DNA from: Pedosphaera parvula Ellin514
GTDB lineage: Bacteria; Verrucomicrobiota; Verrucomicrobiia; Limisphaerales; JADJPG01
NCBI GenBank assembly: GCA_943332515.1
Contig: CALQPR010000005.1
Coordinates: 35,567-99,566 of the forward strand
DNA length: 64,000 nt
Direction of reading: 5' to 3'
Part shown: one piece after another, positions 34,833-45,501 of the stretch
Numbering within the stretch: the first letter of the stretch is position 1
Layout: each line of letters opens with the position of its first letter
The notes under the pieces: model-generated
What the model was told of the DNA's origin: nothing
Seen by the model: the letters and a program-made list of their open reading frames with translations, nothing else
Database searches by the model: none
Made by a program: the position numbers and the translations under genes

Positions 34833-36527
34833 TCAACGCGTGTCCGTTCGCGGGGTGTTGATTACGGGCCTCGAAACCGGCGCGGACAAGGCACTGGCTT
34901 GCCGACCTTCCCGATTTGGAAAGTACTTCTCCAACGTCGCGCGTCCCGGCGGCTTGGTGACCAGCGAGACGAGGATCATCACGAACGCGGAGCCGAGCAC
35001 CATCGGCATCACGGGAAGATAGCCATAGACGAGAACGTTGCCCGGGCTGCGCAGGAAGAGGTCGCCGAGCGCGGGGAAGATTTGCACCAGCGGCTGGCCG
35101 GGCTTGGGCGCCATGCCAACCGACATTTCGTAGAGATACCAGGAGCCGGCCATCGTGGCGGTCACCCAAAGAGCCGACGCGAGCGCGCCCCACTTGGTGC
35201 TGCGCTTCCAAAAGAGCGCTGCCAACATGACAGGCGCCAGCGCGGCGAAGCCGGAGAAGGCAAAGCGGATCGCGAGTTCGAAGATGCCCGCCTTGTCCTC
35301 CAGCGCCAGCGCGATCAGGTAGGCGACGACGGTGATGGCCACGACGAAACCGCGGCCAGTCCAGACGACCGTCGTTTCGCTGAAGCGTTTCGCGCCGGCG
35401 TAGTAGGAGACGATGTCTTTGGTGAACATCGTGCAGAGCGCGAGGATCTGGGAGTCGGTCGCCATCACGCAGGCCATGATGGCCGCGCCGAGAAAGCCTG
35501 CGACAACTACGCCGGTGTTCGCGGTCAGCAGACGAAGAATCACATCATCCGACTCGCCGGGTTTGAGGCCGGGGAACTGATCCGCCGCCACGAGGCCGAG
35601 GAAAACGCTCGGCAGCCAGATGGCGGCGATGCAGAGCGGGTAGAAGATGACCGTCTTCTTGAACGCGGTCACCTTCTCGGCCGTCATGCACATGATGGCG
35701 ATGTGTGGAAACATGATGGCCGAGAGCGGAATGAAGGTGTAACTGAAGAATTCTTGCGGCGAAATGCGCGCGCGCGTGAGCAGGCCCTCGGTCTTCGGAT
35801 TGGCCGCGAGCCGTTCGACGATGTGGTCGAAGCCGCCGAGTTTTTTTGCGATGAGGACAAAGGCGAGCGTGCCGAAGGTGAGGAACATCACGGTTTGGAA
35901 CGCGTTCACCCACGCGGTGCCTCTCATGCCGCCGAAGAAGACGTAGCTCATCACCACCAGGGCCACGATGGCGCTGCCGAGTTCGAAGCTGATCCAATGT
36001 TTTGGTTCGAGGACGGTCTGCCCGTTGCGCAGCACTTCCATCATCACGGGATTGCCGGCCGCGTCCTTCACCGTGGTCAACGTTTCCAGCGTGTGGCCGC
36101 CGCCCATCATCCCGATGATGATGTAGGGCACGAGCATCGCAGCGGTCAGCGCGAAGAGGACGGTGCCGATGAAGGAACATTCCCAACGGTCGCGGAAGAA
36201 CTGCACCTGCGTCATGTGCCCGAAGCGTTTGCCCAAGGCCCAGAGCCGCGTCCCGATGAAAAAGATGCAGAGGGGAATAACGATTCCCGACGCCGACGCC
36301 ATCAGTCCGTAAACGCCGATGCCGCGCTGATAGGCGAGACCCGAGCTGCCGAGAATCGCGAAGGCCGTCATGTTCGTGCCGAAGAGGGAGAGCAGAAACA
36401 CGTAAGGCCCGAGCGAGCGGCTGGCCACGAAGTAATCTTCTCCGGTGGCCTTGCCTTTGCGGAAGGCAAAGATCCCGATGTAGAGGATGACGGCGAGATA
36501 AGCGAAGACGACCAGAGCCGGAATCAC
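34833..36527 (-). CDS. sodium:solute symporter (SSF) family transporter
   Basis: 564 aa with about 13 TM. N-terminal EDYFVASRSLGP is typical of the SSF family. Confidence 0.85.
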   Translation of the reverse strand: MIPALVVFAYLAVILYIGIFAFRKGKATGEDYFVASRSLGPYVFLLSLFGTNMTAFAILGSSGLAYQRGIGVYGLMASASGIVIPLCIFFIGTRLWALGKRFGHMTQVQFFRDRWECSFIGTVLFALTAAMLVPYIIIGMMGGGHTLETLTTVKDAAGNPVMMEVLRNGQTVLEPKHWISFELGSAIVALVVMSYVFFGGMRGTAWVNAFQTVMFLTFGTLAFVLIAKKLGGFDHIVERLAANPKTEGLLTRARISPQEFFSYTFIPLSAIMFPHIAIMCMTAEKVTAFKKTVIFYPLCIAAIWLPSVFLGLVAADQFPGLKPGESDDVILRLLTANTGVVVAGFLGAAIMACVMATDSQILALCTMFTKDIVSYYAGAKRFSETTVVWTGRGFVVAITVVAYLIALALEDKAGIFELAIRFAFSGFAALAPVMLAALFWKRSTKWGALASALWVTATMAGSWYLYEMSVGMAPKPGQPLVQIFPALGDLFLRSPGNVLVYGYLPVMPMVLGSAFVMILVSLVTKPPGRATLEKYFPNREGRQASALSAPVSRPVINTPRTDTR

Positions 36528-36769
36528 CGCTTGACCTCCACCTTGTTGTCCTGGCGATACGGTTCAACCGTTTCCAGATGGGCGGGCCAGGCAAACTTCA
36601 CGAAAATCCACATCAACGCGGCCGCTGCCAACGAATAGGCGGCATGATACGCGAGGCCAATGGGCATGAAGCCGAAGAGCAGCGGTTCGGCTTTGTTCCA
36701 GTTCCAGAAATCCTGGTGCAACGCATACACGACAACGATCAGGAGGGTGAGAAAAACTGTTTTCTTCAT
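36524..36769 (-). CDS. DUF3311 small membrane subunit accompanying the SSF transporter
   Basis: 81 aa from the internal ATG 36769: MKKTVFLTLLIVVVYALHQDFWNWN...PIGLAYHAAYSLAAAALMW. 4-nt overlap with the symporter start. Confidence 0.65.
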   Translation of the reverse strand: MKKTVFLTLLIVVVYALHQDFWNWNKAEPLLFGFMPIGLAYHAAYSLAAAALMWIFVKFAWPAHLETVEPYRQDNKVEVKR

Positions 36770-36779
36770 GGGTGTTTCA

Positions 36780-37445
36780 TCAGTTAAAGAGGCGCTGCCA
36801 GACTTCACAGCCGCCAAAGCAGAGCGCGGCAAAGAAGCAGAGGCAGAAAATGAACTGCACACAGCCGGCGATGAACACCGCGCCATCGCGTTCCAGTCCG
36901 GCCGCAGCAAGCAGGATGATGGTGAAGGCGGGAAAGGCGTTGCTGAACGGCACGGGCAACGGCAGCAAGAGAAGGAGTCCGCAGATGACAATGATTACAC
37001 CGCTGGCGCGTTGGAAGACGGCGGGAAATTCGGGATAGAGCAGGCGCGGCTTCAACAGCTTCTCCAATCGACCGAACCCGCGACTCGCGGCCAGCAGTAG
37101 CTTCGGCAGGAAGCGCGCAGGAAGTACGCGGGACGTGACGCGTTCCGGCAGCCAGGGCCGCTGTCCGAGAACCATCCGTATTCCGAGCAGGGCAATCACG
37201 AGCCCGAACGCCGTGGAAACTCCGGGCAATGGTATGGGTGTCACAAACGGGAACGCGAGGAACAGCAGCAGGGCATTGTAGCCGCGCAGTTGCAGCACGT
37301 CGGTCAGCTCACCGAGCCGAACGGGGCGGTCCACAAACCTGGCGGCCAGCCTGGCGAGCTGGCTCGACAAGGTGCGCTTCAGCACGCGCGGCAGGACGAC
37401 AACGTCGGCGATGGGGTTGAGGGCGATGACGGGTTCGATGGGCAT
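36780..37445 (-). CDS. ExoD-family membrane protein. Start uncertain.
   Basis: 221 aa: LGELTDVLQLRGYNALLLFLAFPFVTPIPLPGVSTAFGLVIALLGIRM. The ORF overlaps the channel gene's 3' end by 67 nt. Confidence 0.7.
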   Translation of the reverse strand: MPIEPVIALNPIADVVVLPRVLKRTLSSQLARLAARFVDRPVRLGELTDVLQLRGYNALLLFLAFPFVTPIPLPGVSTAFGLVIALLGIRMVLGQRPWLPERVTSRVLPARFLPKLLLAASRGFGRLEKLLKPRLLYPEFPAVFQRASGVIIVICGLLLLLPLPVPFSNAFPAFTIILLAAAGLERDGAVFIAGCVQFIFCLCFFAALCFGGCEVWQRLFN

Positions 37446-38371
37446 GAGGAGTTGGTTTCGGCGACGGTGTGTGTGTGTCCGGCTTCTAGCTCTTTACGCA
37501 GTCCGACCAGCACGGTTTGCAGTTCGGCCAGTTGTTTGGTGGTGTGGTCGAGGCGGGCGAGCACGCCGTGGGTCGGCGTGTTTGTTTCGGCGGCCGTGGC
37601 TGTCTCGAGAGCCTGCTCGGTATGTGCCTCGGACATGCTGTTGAGGATGATGCCGATGAACAGATTCAAGATGATCATCGTGCCGAACACGATGAAGGTT
37701 GCGAAGTAGGACGCCACCTTGACCTCGGGAACGTGAGTCGCCTGGGCGAAGTAGATGTCGGCCCAGTTGTCGAGAGTGACGATACGGAACAACGAGAGCA
37801 GCGCCGAGCCGAGCGACCCGAAATGATCCGGGTCGGTTTTCCCGAAGAGGTTCACTCCTGCCACAGCGTAGATGTAAAACAGCAGCGCCAGCAGAATGCT
37901 GACATAGCCCATCGCGGACAGGCTCTTGAGCAGCGCGCCGACGAGCAGTTGCAGTTTGGGCAGGGCGCTGACCAGCCGGAGCAGACGTAACACGCGAGCC
38001 AGCCGGATCACCGCAGCGAAAGGGCCGGCCACCGGCAACAGACAGAAGGCAACGATGACGCAGTCGAAAATATTCCAGCCATCACGGAAGTAGTCCAGCG
38101 GCCGCCGTCCGTGCGCGATGAGTTTCAGCGCGATCTCGACGAGGAAGATGCCGACTACGGCGAGATTCAAATTATGCAGCAACGTTGCGTGCTCGGCGGC
38201 AAGTGACGCGTTGGTTTCCAATCCCGCAAGCACGCCAGCGAGCACGATCACCGCGATGATGACCGTTCGAAAGGTGTTGGACTGAGTGAGTTGTTTGACG
38301 AACTGGATCATGGTTGGTTCATCACCGTTCCCGTAGGGCTTCGCTTCCTGATGCGCTTTTGACGCGAGCAT
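37379..38371 (-). CDS. voltage-gated ion channel, BacNav (NaChBac/NavAb)-like single 6-TM domain with C-terminal coiled coil
   Basis: S4 AVIRLARVLRLLRLVS (4 Arg at every third position). Pore FGSLGSALLSLFRIVTLDNWADIY. S6 FIVFGTMIILNLFIGIILNSM. Coiled coil LARLDHTTKQLAELQTVLVGLRKELEA. Confidence 0.85.
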   Translation of the reverse strand: MLASKAHQEAKPYGNGDEPTMIQFVKQLTQSNTFRTVIIAVIVLAGVLAGLETNASLAAEHATLLHNLNLAVVGIFLVEIALKLIAHGRRPLDYFRDGWNIFDCVIVAFCLLPVAGPFAAVIRLARVLRLLRLVSALPKLQLLVGALLKSLSAMGYVSILLALLFYIYAVAGVNLFGKTDPDHFGSLGSALLSLFRIVTLDNWADIYFAQATHVPEVKVASYFATFIVFGTMIILNLFIGIILNSMSEAHTEQALETATAAETNTPTHGVLARLDHTTKQLAELQTVLVGLRKELEAGHTHTVAETNSSCPSNPSSPSTPSPTLSSCRAC

Positions 38372-38394
38372 TGTCTTTTCCAGGGAATCGTCGT

Positions 38395-38757
38395 CTAGGT
38401 AGCTGCGAACAACAGGGATTGATTCAACGACGATGCTGTTGCCTTCGCTGCTCGCGGGTTCGATCTGCCAGATGATAAGTCGCGGCTGGATTGGTGGAAC
38501 TGGATCGAGAGCTTCGCCAGCACCTGGTCGATGGCCTCAACCTTCGTGTGGTCCTGGCTCTCTGCGGAATAGTCGTGCCCCGCCGTCGCGAGATGGATTC
38601 GTGCCGTGAACAACGCACCGCCTGGACCACTACGCTCCAGCGTGAATTCCGCCACCTCGATGGGCATCAGTTCCGCCAGCCGTTCGAGCCTTTCGCAGGC
38701 GTGCTCCTCCAATTCACTATCTGGCCGCAGACCGCGATGGATGAAGATGATTATCAT
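38395..38757 (-). CDS. HPF/RaiA (sigma-54 modulation protein)-like ribosome-associated factor
   Basis: 120 aa. The pattern ...LEEHACERLERLAEL...FTARIHLATAGHDYSAESQDHTKVEAIDQVLAKL parallels YfiA/HPF (..V..RL.KL.....A.I......A....D.Y.AI......L). Confidence 0.55.
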   Translation of the reverse strand: MIIIFIHRGLRPDSELEEHACERLERLAELMPIEVAEFTLERSGPGGALFTARIHLATAGHDYSAESQDHTKVEAIDQVLAKLSIQFHQSSRDLSSGRSNPRAAKATASSLNQSLLFAAT

Positions 38758-38785
38758 AGTCGTGACTCAATCAACATCCTCCTAT

Positions 38786-38801
38786 TGCAAGCGCGGTGCC
38801 A
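38786..38801 (-). promoter_or_regulatory. sigma-54 promoter, exact consensus TGGCAC-N5-TTGCA
   Basis: The minus strand reads TGGCACCGCGCTTGCA, with the -12 element about 29 nt upstream of the HPF-like ATG (38757). The NtrC-family gene ends at 38916. Confidence 0.7.
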
Positions 38802-38915
38802 ATCCATCAACAGGTAACTCCCTCCAATAAACCAAGGAATCCAGGTACCGACGTCTCGAAGCCCGCTCTGAGCTGGCCAGCCGCTGGCCAACGGTGGCTG
38901 GCTGATTGCCAGTGT

Positions 38916-40364
<1,449 letters not shown>

Positions 40365-40604
40365 CGCGACCGCAATTGTGCATGGTCGCGTGAGCGGAGG
40401 CAAACGCACTTTGGCGAATCAGGGGTGACACCGCTGGTCCACTTGCTCATGCGAAGGGGTACGAGACTTCTGGCTGAACGTTAAGGACTGTGCGGTGCCG
40501 GTTGAGAGAGACCACGCCAATGGCCCGCGGAGCCGTTCACCGCACGTTTCGCGCAATCACGTCGGGCGTCAGCCGGCAATCAGCATCCGTGGTTCTCCAC
40601 GTTG

Positions 40605-43592
40605 TCAGCGAGTAATGGTGGCGGAGGTGACGACGTTGGAGGCTGGCGTATAGAGCTTGGTCCCATACGCGTTGATGCCGGTGACGGTGAAGGTCACCGT
40701 CCCGTTCTGGATTCTCGAGAGGGAGGTGATCGGGGCGTCTCCGGCATTGTTGAAGTCACCCGAGAGAGGGCCATCGTTGATGGCGCCGCTGAAACTGCCG
40801 GTGACCGAGACATTGGAGACCGGCACGCCGCCGGACGTGACCACCTTGACCACGGCCCGGGCCTTGAAGCGGCCGCTCGACGCGACCCAACTCATGGTGA
40901 TGCTCTCAATAAAAACCGGCGGGGGCGGGGGGTACGGCGTGACGCCGGCCGGATCGGAGTCCGCGCTAACGCCGCACGGGTAAGTGGTGGCAACTTTGTA
41001 GTAGTAGGGACGCCCGTTGACGAGATTCGTGTCTGTGAAAGTGGCGCTGGTTGTGTGGGCGATGGTCGTATAAGGGCCTACGTTGTTCGTAGCCCGTTGG
41101 ATGCGATGAGACGTGGCCCCGGCGTAGGTGGTCCAGTTCAAGGTGACCTGCGCGTTGCCGGCAATGCCGGTCACAAATCTTGGCGTTATCGGGGCGGGAA
41201 TTGGATATGGGTTCACTCCCGTTCCGGTGCCCGACAAGCGAAAGAAGCCCCGGTTGGTGAGCTGCGCCGTCACCTGATTTTCCAAGGCGACTACGGCAGG
41301 GGTTGTCGGCACTGCGGTCCAAGCGGGCGATGTTAGATTGGTCGTCTGTTGCAGGGTAAAGCCGGTGGCGGCGGACGGCCACGCAACCACAACCGCATTG
41401 CTGGCAGCGGCAAAGATGCGCAATGACGGCGCGGTGGTATCGCCACCGAGCAAGCGCGCGACATAGGGCCGCACTACGTCGTTAACCGTGACGAAATCTC
41501 CCGAAATGAGAACGTTGCCGTCTGGTTGCAACACCACTGAACCCACCACTCCGCTGACGCCATTACTAGGATTAAAGCCGCCGTCCAAACTGCCATCGGG
41601 ATTCACCCGGGCTATGCCGCGCCGGCTCACGCCATTGACGGTGGTGAACGAACCGCCCAACAGTATTTTGCCGTCCGGCTGCACCGCGACCGAATACACC
41701 GTGCCGTCCACGCTGGGATTGAAACACGCCTCGCGTACCCCAGTGGTGCTTAACCGCCCCAACCCACCGGATCCACCCACGATTACTTTGCCATCCGGCT
41801 GGACCGCCAAAGACGAAGTCATTGATCCCCCGCTGCGTTGAAAACTGGAATCGATGCTACCATCGCTGTTCAGCCGGGCGAAGCTGGGATAGGTACCATC
41901 GATATTCAGACTGCCGGCGATGAGGATTTTGCCATCAGCTTGCCGCGCCATCGCAGTCACATAAGAATTAGTGAGTTGATCGAGCGTGCTGTCCAAACTG
42001 CCGGCGGGGGTAAATCGCGCCAGCACCGAATGGGTAATCTGAAAAAACGTTTCCTCGCCAATAATGGTGGTAACGGAATAGCCGCTGAGGAGCACCTTGC
42101 CGTCCTGTTGCACCAGCGGCGTGCTGATGACGACGCCCGGATAGCACCAGTAGTTCTGTAACCCGACGCAATCTTCGGGATGATAGAATGCACTCAAGGG
42201 CGGCTGGAACGATCTGACCACGAAACTGCTATCGCTACTCCCGTTCGCATTGAGTCGGGCGCTCCCATAGTTGTTGGTGCCGTTGACAAACGCGAGCACA
42301 TCGCTGTGCGGTCCCCAATAAGGATCTCCCTCCACGAGTGCCCCACCCAACAGGACCTTGCCATCGGCCTGCAACGCAATGGCTGGATTCGCTCGCGCCA
42401 GCGACCGACCCGCATCAAACGAGTTGTCGCGACTCCCATCGACGTTGAGCCGTGTGAGATTTAGCGAGGGACTATAACTCCCCACCAACGCCAGGCCATT
42501 CGGCTGGACCACGAGGGTGGTAAGCTGCGTCACGCCCGGGCCGGGATTGAAGGTGGCGTCCAGCGCGCCGTTCGGGTGCAGCCGAATGAGCACCTGGCGT
42601 CGGGGCCCGTCGATCGTCGTGTAGGAAGCGCCAGCCACGAGCACCTTGCCGTCCGCTTGCACGGCCACATCGGTGGCACCGTCATTCGGATCGGCCGGGG
42701 CGTTGTAGCTGGTGTCCAGTGAACCGTTCGCAAGGAGACGAACCGTGCTCCTGCCGCTGAAGCTGGCGTTGGCGTTGGTGCTGGTGAAGGAGCCCCCGAG
42801 CACGATGCGGCCGTCCGGTTGGACGGCCAGCGAGCTGACATACGAGCCGCTCAAGGACGCGCCCGGATTGAAGTTCGTGTCGGGCTGTCCGCTGGAGTTC
42901 AGCCGGGCCAGGAAAGGCGAACCTCCCGGGCCACCCGCGATGAGGACATCCCCGTTGGCCTGCAGCGCCAGGCGGTGAACCGAGGCTGGCGGCGGATCGA
43001 ACGAGTGGTCGAGGGTTCCATCCGCATTGAGCCGGGCGAGGCCCGGCCGATTAGTCCCATTGACTCCGTTAAAATGGCCGCCCACCAGAATCCTGCCGTC
43101 GGGCTGGACCGCCAGAGCGCGACATCCGGGCATGTCCGTAAAAGCCTGAATCTCCGCGGGGGTGAACCCGGCGTCGAGACTGCCGTCGGCATTCAGCCGG
43201 CGGATGGATTCGATGGGGAAACAGCCCCAGGTCTCGTCGCAGACGGACGTGAACATGCCGGAGACCAGCACCTTGCCGTCCGGCTGGAGAGCGATGATCC
43301 CGCCGCTGCCGTTGGTCCCGGCGTGGAACGTTGCATCGCCGCTGCCATCCGCGTTCAGGCGGGCGAGGTTGGTCCGCAAAAGCCCGCGCACGGTGGTGAA
43401 CTGGCCGGCGATGATCAGTTTTCCATCCGGCTGCACGAGGACGGAGTAGACCGAACCGTTTACCCCCGAGCCGGGATCAAAGGAAAGATCCACGTCGCCG
43501 GCTGCAGCATCGGATCGGGAACTGAGTGCGCCGAGATGCAGCAGCAGGGCGCCCGCGAGGATGAGGGTTCGGAGGAAGACTGGATGGGTCAT
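40605..43592 (-). CDS. secreted delta-60 repeat protein with C-terminal FN3-like and Ig-like regions
   Basis: 995 aa with a signal peptide. More than 12 repeats of LNxDGSLDxxF...V.ALAVQPDGKILVGGxF, then NAQVTLNWTT...YYYKVATT (FN3-like). Confidence 0.8.
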   Translation of the reverse strand: MTHPVFLRTLILAGALLLHLGALSSRSDAAAGDVDLSFDPGSGVNGSVYSVLVQPDGKLIIAGQFTTVRGLLRTNLARLNADGSGDATFHAGTNGSGGIIALQPDGKVLVSGMFTSVCDETWGCFPIESIRRLNADGSLDAGFTPAEIQAFTDMPGCRALAVQPDGRILVGGHFNGVNGTNRPGLARLNADGTLDHSFDPPPASVHRLALQANGDVLIAGGPGGSPFLARLNSSGQPDTNFNPGASLSGSYVSSLAVQPDGRIVLGGSFTSTNANASFSGRSTVRLLANGSLDTSYNAPADPNDGATDVAVQADGKVLVAGASYTTIDGPRRQVLIRLHPNGALDATFNPGPGVTQLTTLVVQPNGLALVGSYSPSLNLTRLNVDGSRDNSFDAGRSLARANPAIALQADGKVLLGGALVEGDPYWGPHSDVLAFVNGTNNYGSARLNANGSSDSSFVVRSFQPPLSAFYHPEDCVGLQNYWCYPGVVISTPLVQQDGKVLLSGYSVTTIIGEETFFQITHSVLARFTPAGSLDSTLDQLTNSYVTAMARQADGKILIAGSLNIDGTYPSFARLNSDGSIDSSFQRSGGSMTSSLAVQPDGKVIVGGSGGLGRLSTTGVREACFNPSVDGTVYSVAVQPDGKILLGGSFTTVNGVSRRGIARVNPDGSLDGGFNPSNGVSGVVGSVVLQPDGNVLISGDFVTVNDVVRPYVARLLGGDTTAPSLRIFAAASNAVVVAWPSAATGFTLQQTTNLTSPAWTAVPTTPAVVALENQVTAQLTNRGFFRLSGTGTGVNPYPIPAPITPRFVTGIAGNAQVTLNWTTYAGATSHRIQRATNNVGPYTTIAHTTSATFTDTNLVNGRPYYYKVATTYPCGVSADSDPAGVTPYPPPPPVFIESITMSWVASSGRFKARAVVKVVTSGGVPVSNVSVTGSFSGAINDGPLSGDFNNAGDAPITSLSRIQNGTVTFTVTGINAYGTKLYTPASNVVTSATITR

Positions 43593-43597
43593 AAGCG

Positions 43598-45445
43598 TCA
43601 GCGGGTAGAAGGAAGTTTCGCGTGTCGCGCCCGGTGCCAGGCGAGACCGTAGTCATAGACTCCTCGGTAGCATTTTCCCGCGGCGGCCTTTTCGTCCCCT
43701 CGCTCGAGGTGCCGCTCGGCCCGGGCGATCGCCTCGCTGGAAGCTCCGGCAGTCCTCGCTTCGTCGATGGCGAGCTCTGCAAACCCGCGTTGGATCTCAA
43801 AAATGCGGTCGATGACCTCCTGCAGCCCCGGTTTCCACAGCTGGCTTGTCTCGCTACGGATCAGCCGGCAGAGGACCTGCGCGGTTAACCGTGCCTTGCC
43901 GAAGGCCCGATGCCCCAGCTTGCGACTCAGGCGGGATTCGGTCTCCCACACGTTCGTCGCCAGCGCACCTGTCAGATGCCGGATGGCGAGGTTGAGCCGC
44001 CGGATGTCGCCCGGGTGGAAAGCGGAGTCGCGCAGGGCGATGAGTTCGTCGCGAACACCTTCCACGGCGGCGAGCGGTGCGAACGACAGGCGAAAGAGGG
44101 TGCCCTGGCCCAGACTGCCCGATTCGGCGGCCACCACGTAAAGGCTTTGGCCCAAGAGGAACGGGCTGCTTGGGCTCGCGCCTTCGATGTAATATCGCAA
44201 AGAATGCAGGTTCGTGAATTCGGTGCCGTCGGTGCGAAGGGCGAAGACCGTCCCCTCGGAGCCTTTCGTTGTCCCATAGAGGATATCCTCCGCGACAAGC
44301 AGCTCCGTTCCTCCGGGATAGAACGCCCTGCTGGCCGTGTCGAACCGGTGCAGCGTGGTAAATCCGGTGCCGTTGGTGCGCAGGGAGAACACGGTGCCCA
44401 AGCCGCCCCTGCCGCCGCTCGCCGTCGTTCCATACAGCGTGTCACCCGAGAGCACTAACCCGCCCGATGGAGAGACTCCGGCGCTGTTCGTGCCGACCGG
44501 GTCATTCACCGGATCGTAGGGCGTTGGCTGGAAGTCATGCAGGGTCGTGAAGCCGGTGCCGTCCGTGTGAACCCTGTAGACGGTGCCTGCGGAGAACCTC
44601 CCCCCGCCGACGGCGGTCCCATACAAGGTGTTGCCCGACAAAACCAGACGGCCGTCCGGACGAATGCCGCCGAAGTTGGTGTAGCCGCCCAGATTGGACG
44701 GCGGCGCTCCGGCCGCAAAACTATGCAGGGTCGCAAAGCCCGTTCCATCGGTATTGACGGCGAACACCGACCCATTGCCGCCCGTGCCCCCGGATCCGGC
44801 AGTCCCATACAACCGGCTGCCCGAGACGATCAATCCGGAGCGGGGGTTGGCTCCGTCTGGATTTTTGGCAAAGGGTTGAAAACCGGTGACGGCCGAGAAA
44901 TGGTGCAACGTGTTGAAGCCCGTGCCATCCGTGTTTAGAGAGAAAATAGTGCCACTGCCCGAGGCGCCGCCCTGCCACGCCGTCCCGTACAAGGTGTCGC
45001 CCGAAAGAATCACCCCGCCGAGCGGCTGGCTGCCGGTGGGATAAGCGAAGTTGTGCAGGGTGGTGAATCCCGTGCCGTCAAGGTTCACGCTGTAGACTGT
45101 GCCAGGGCCGAATGCGCCCCCGAGATTCGCCGTTCCATACAGCCGTCCCCCCGCGCTGTCGGAAGTCAGTCGGCCCGTGGGATAAGCGCCGTCGCTGTTC
45201 GTGCCGAAGGCCGGGACGCTGAAGTTGTGCAGGACCTTGGGAACCTGGGCCGATGCCTGGTCCGCCGGCATCAGAAGGGCGGCGGCTGCCATCGCGAGGA
45301 GAACCAACTCCGGGCATCGCTCGAACTTCCCGTGGCTACGACGCTGCGCGATTCTCGATCCGCGTGAGTAAGCGCACCGGGCGGGCAGTTGCAGGAGGAG
45401 ACGGGCGGCGAGAATGAGTCTCTTGGTGGAGAAGGACGTATTCAT
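43598..45445 (-). CDS. GloVer (choice-of-anchor) tandem-repeat protein with helical C-terminal domain
   Basis: Repeats LYGTAxxGGxxGxGTVFxLxTDGTGFTTLHxF occur about 8 times. The start is uncertain. The gene ends 5 nt before the delta-60 gene. Confidence 0.7.
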   Translation of the reverse strand: MNTSFSTKRLILAARLLLQLPARCAYSRGSRIAQRRSHGKFERCPELVLLAMAAAALLMPADQASAQVPKVLHNFSVPAFGTNSDGAYPTGRLTSDSAGGRLYGTANLGGAFGPGTVYSVNLDGTGFTTLHNFAYPTGSQPLGGVILSGDTLYGTAWQGGASGSGTIFSLNTDGTGFNTLHHFSAVTGFQPFAKNPDGANPRSGLIVSGSRLYGTAGSGGTGGNGSVFAVNTDGTGFATLHSFAAGAPPSNLGGYTNFGGIRPDGRLVLSGNTLYGTAVGGGRFSAGTVYRVHTDGTGFTTLHDFQPTPYDPVNDPVGTNSAGVSPSGGLVLSGDTLYGTTASGGRGGLGTVFSLRTNGTGFTTLHRFDTASRAFYPGGTELLVAEDILYGTTKGSEGTVFALRTDGTEFTNLHSLRYYIEGASPSSPFLLGQSLYVVAAESGSLGQGTLFRLSFAPLAAVEGVRDELIALRDSAFHPGDIRRLNLAIRHLTGALATNVWETESRLSRKLGHRAFGKARLTAQVLCRLIRSETSQLWKPGLQEVIDRIFEIQRGFAELAIDEARTAGASSEAIARAERHLERGDEKAAAGKCYRGVYDYGLAWHRARHAKLPSTR

Positions 45446-45501
45446 ACGGCATTAACCTTTCAAAGTCGGAGGCGAGGCGAACTACTCTTTGGTAACGGCG
45501 A

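Noticed and set aside
40489-40545. 8-bp stem GTGCGGTG...CACCGCAC with a loop of about 40 nt, in the gap between the delta-60 gene and the NtrC-family gene.
   Set aside because: The loop is long and there is no U-tract on either strand, so there is not enough evidence to call a terminator or an ncRNA.
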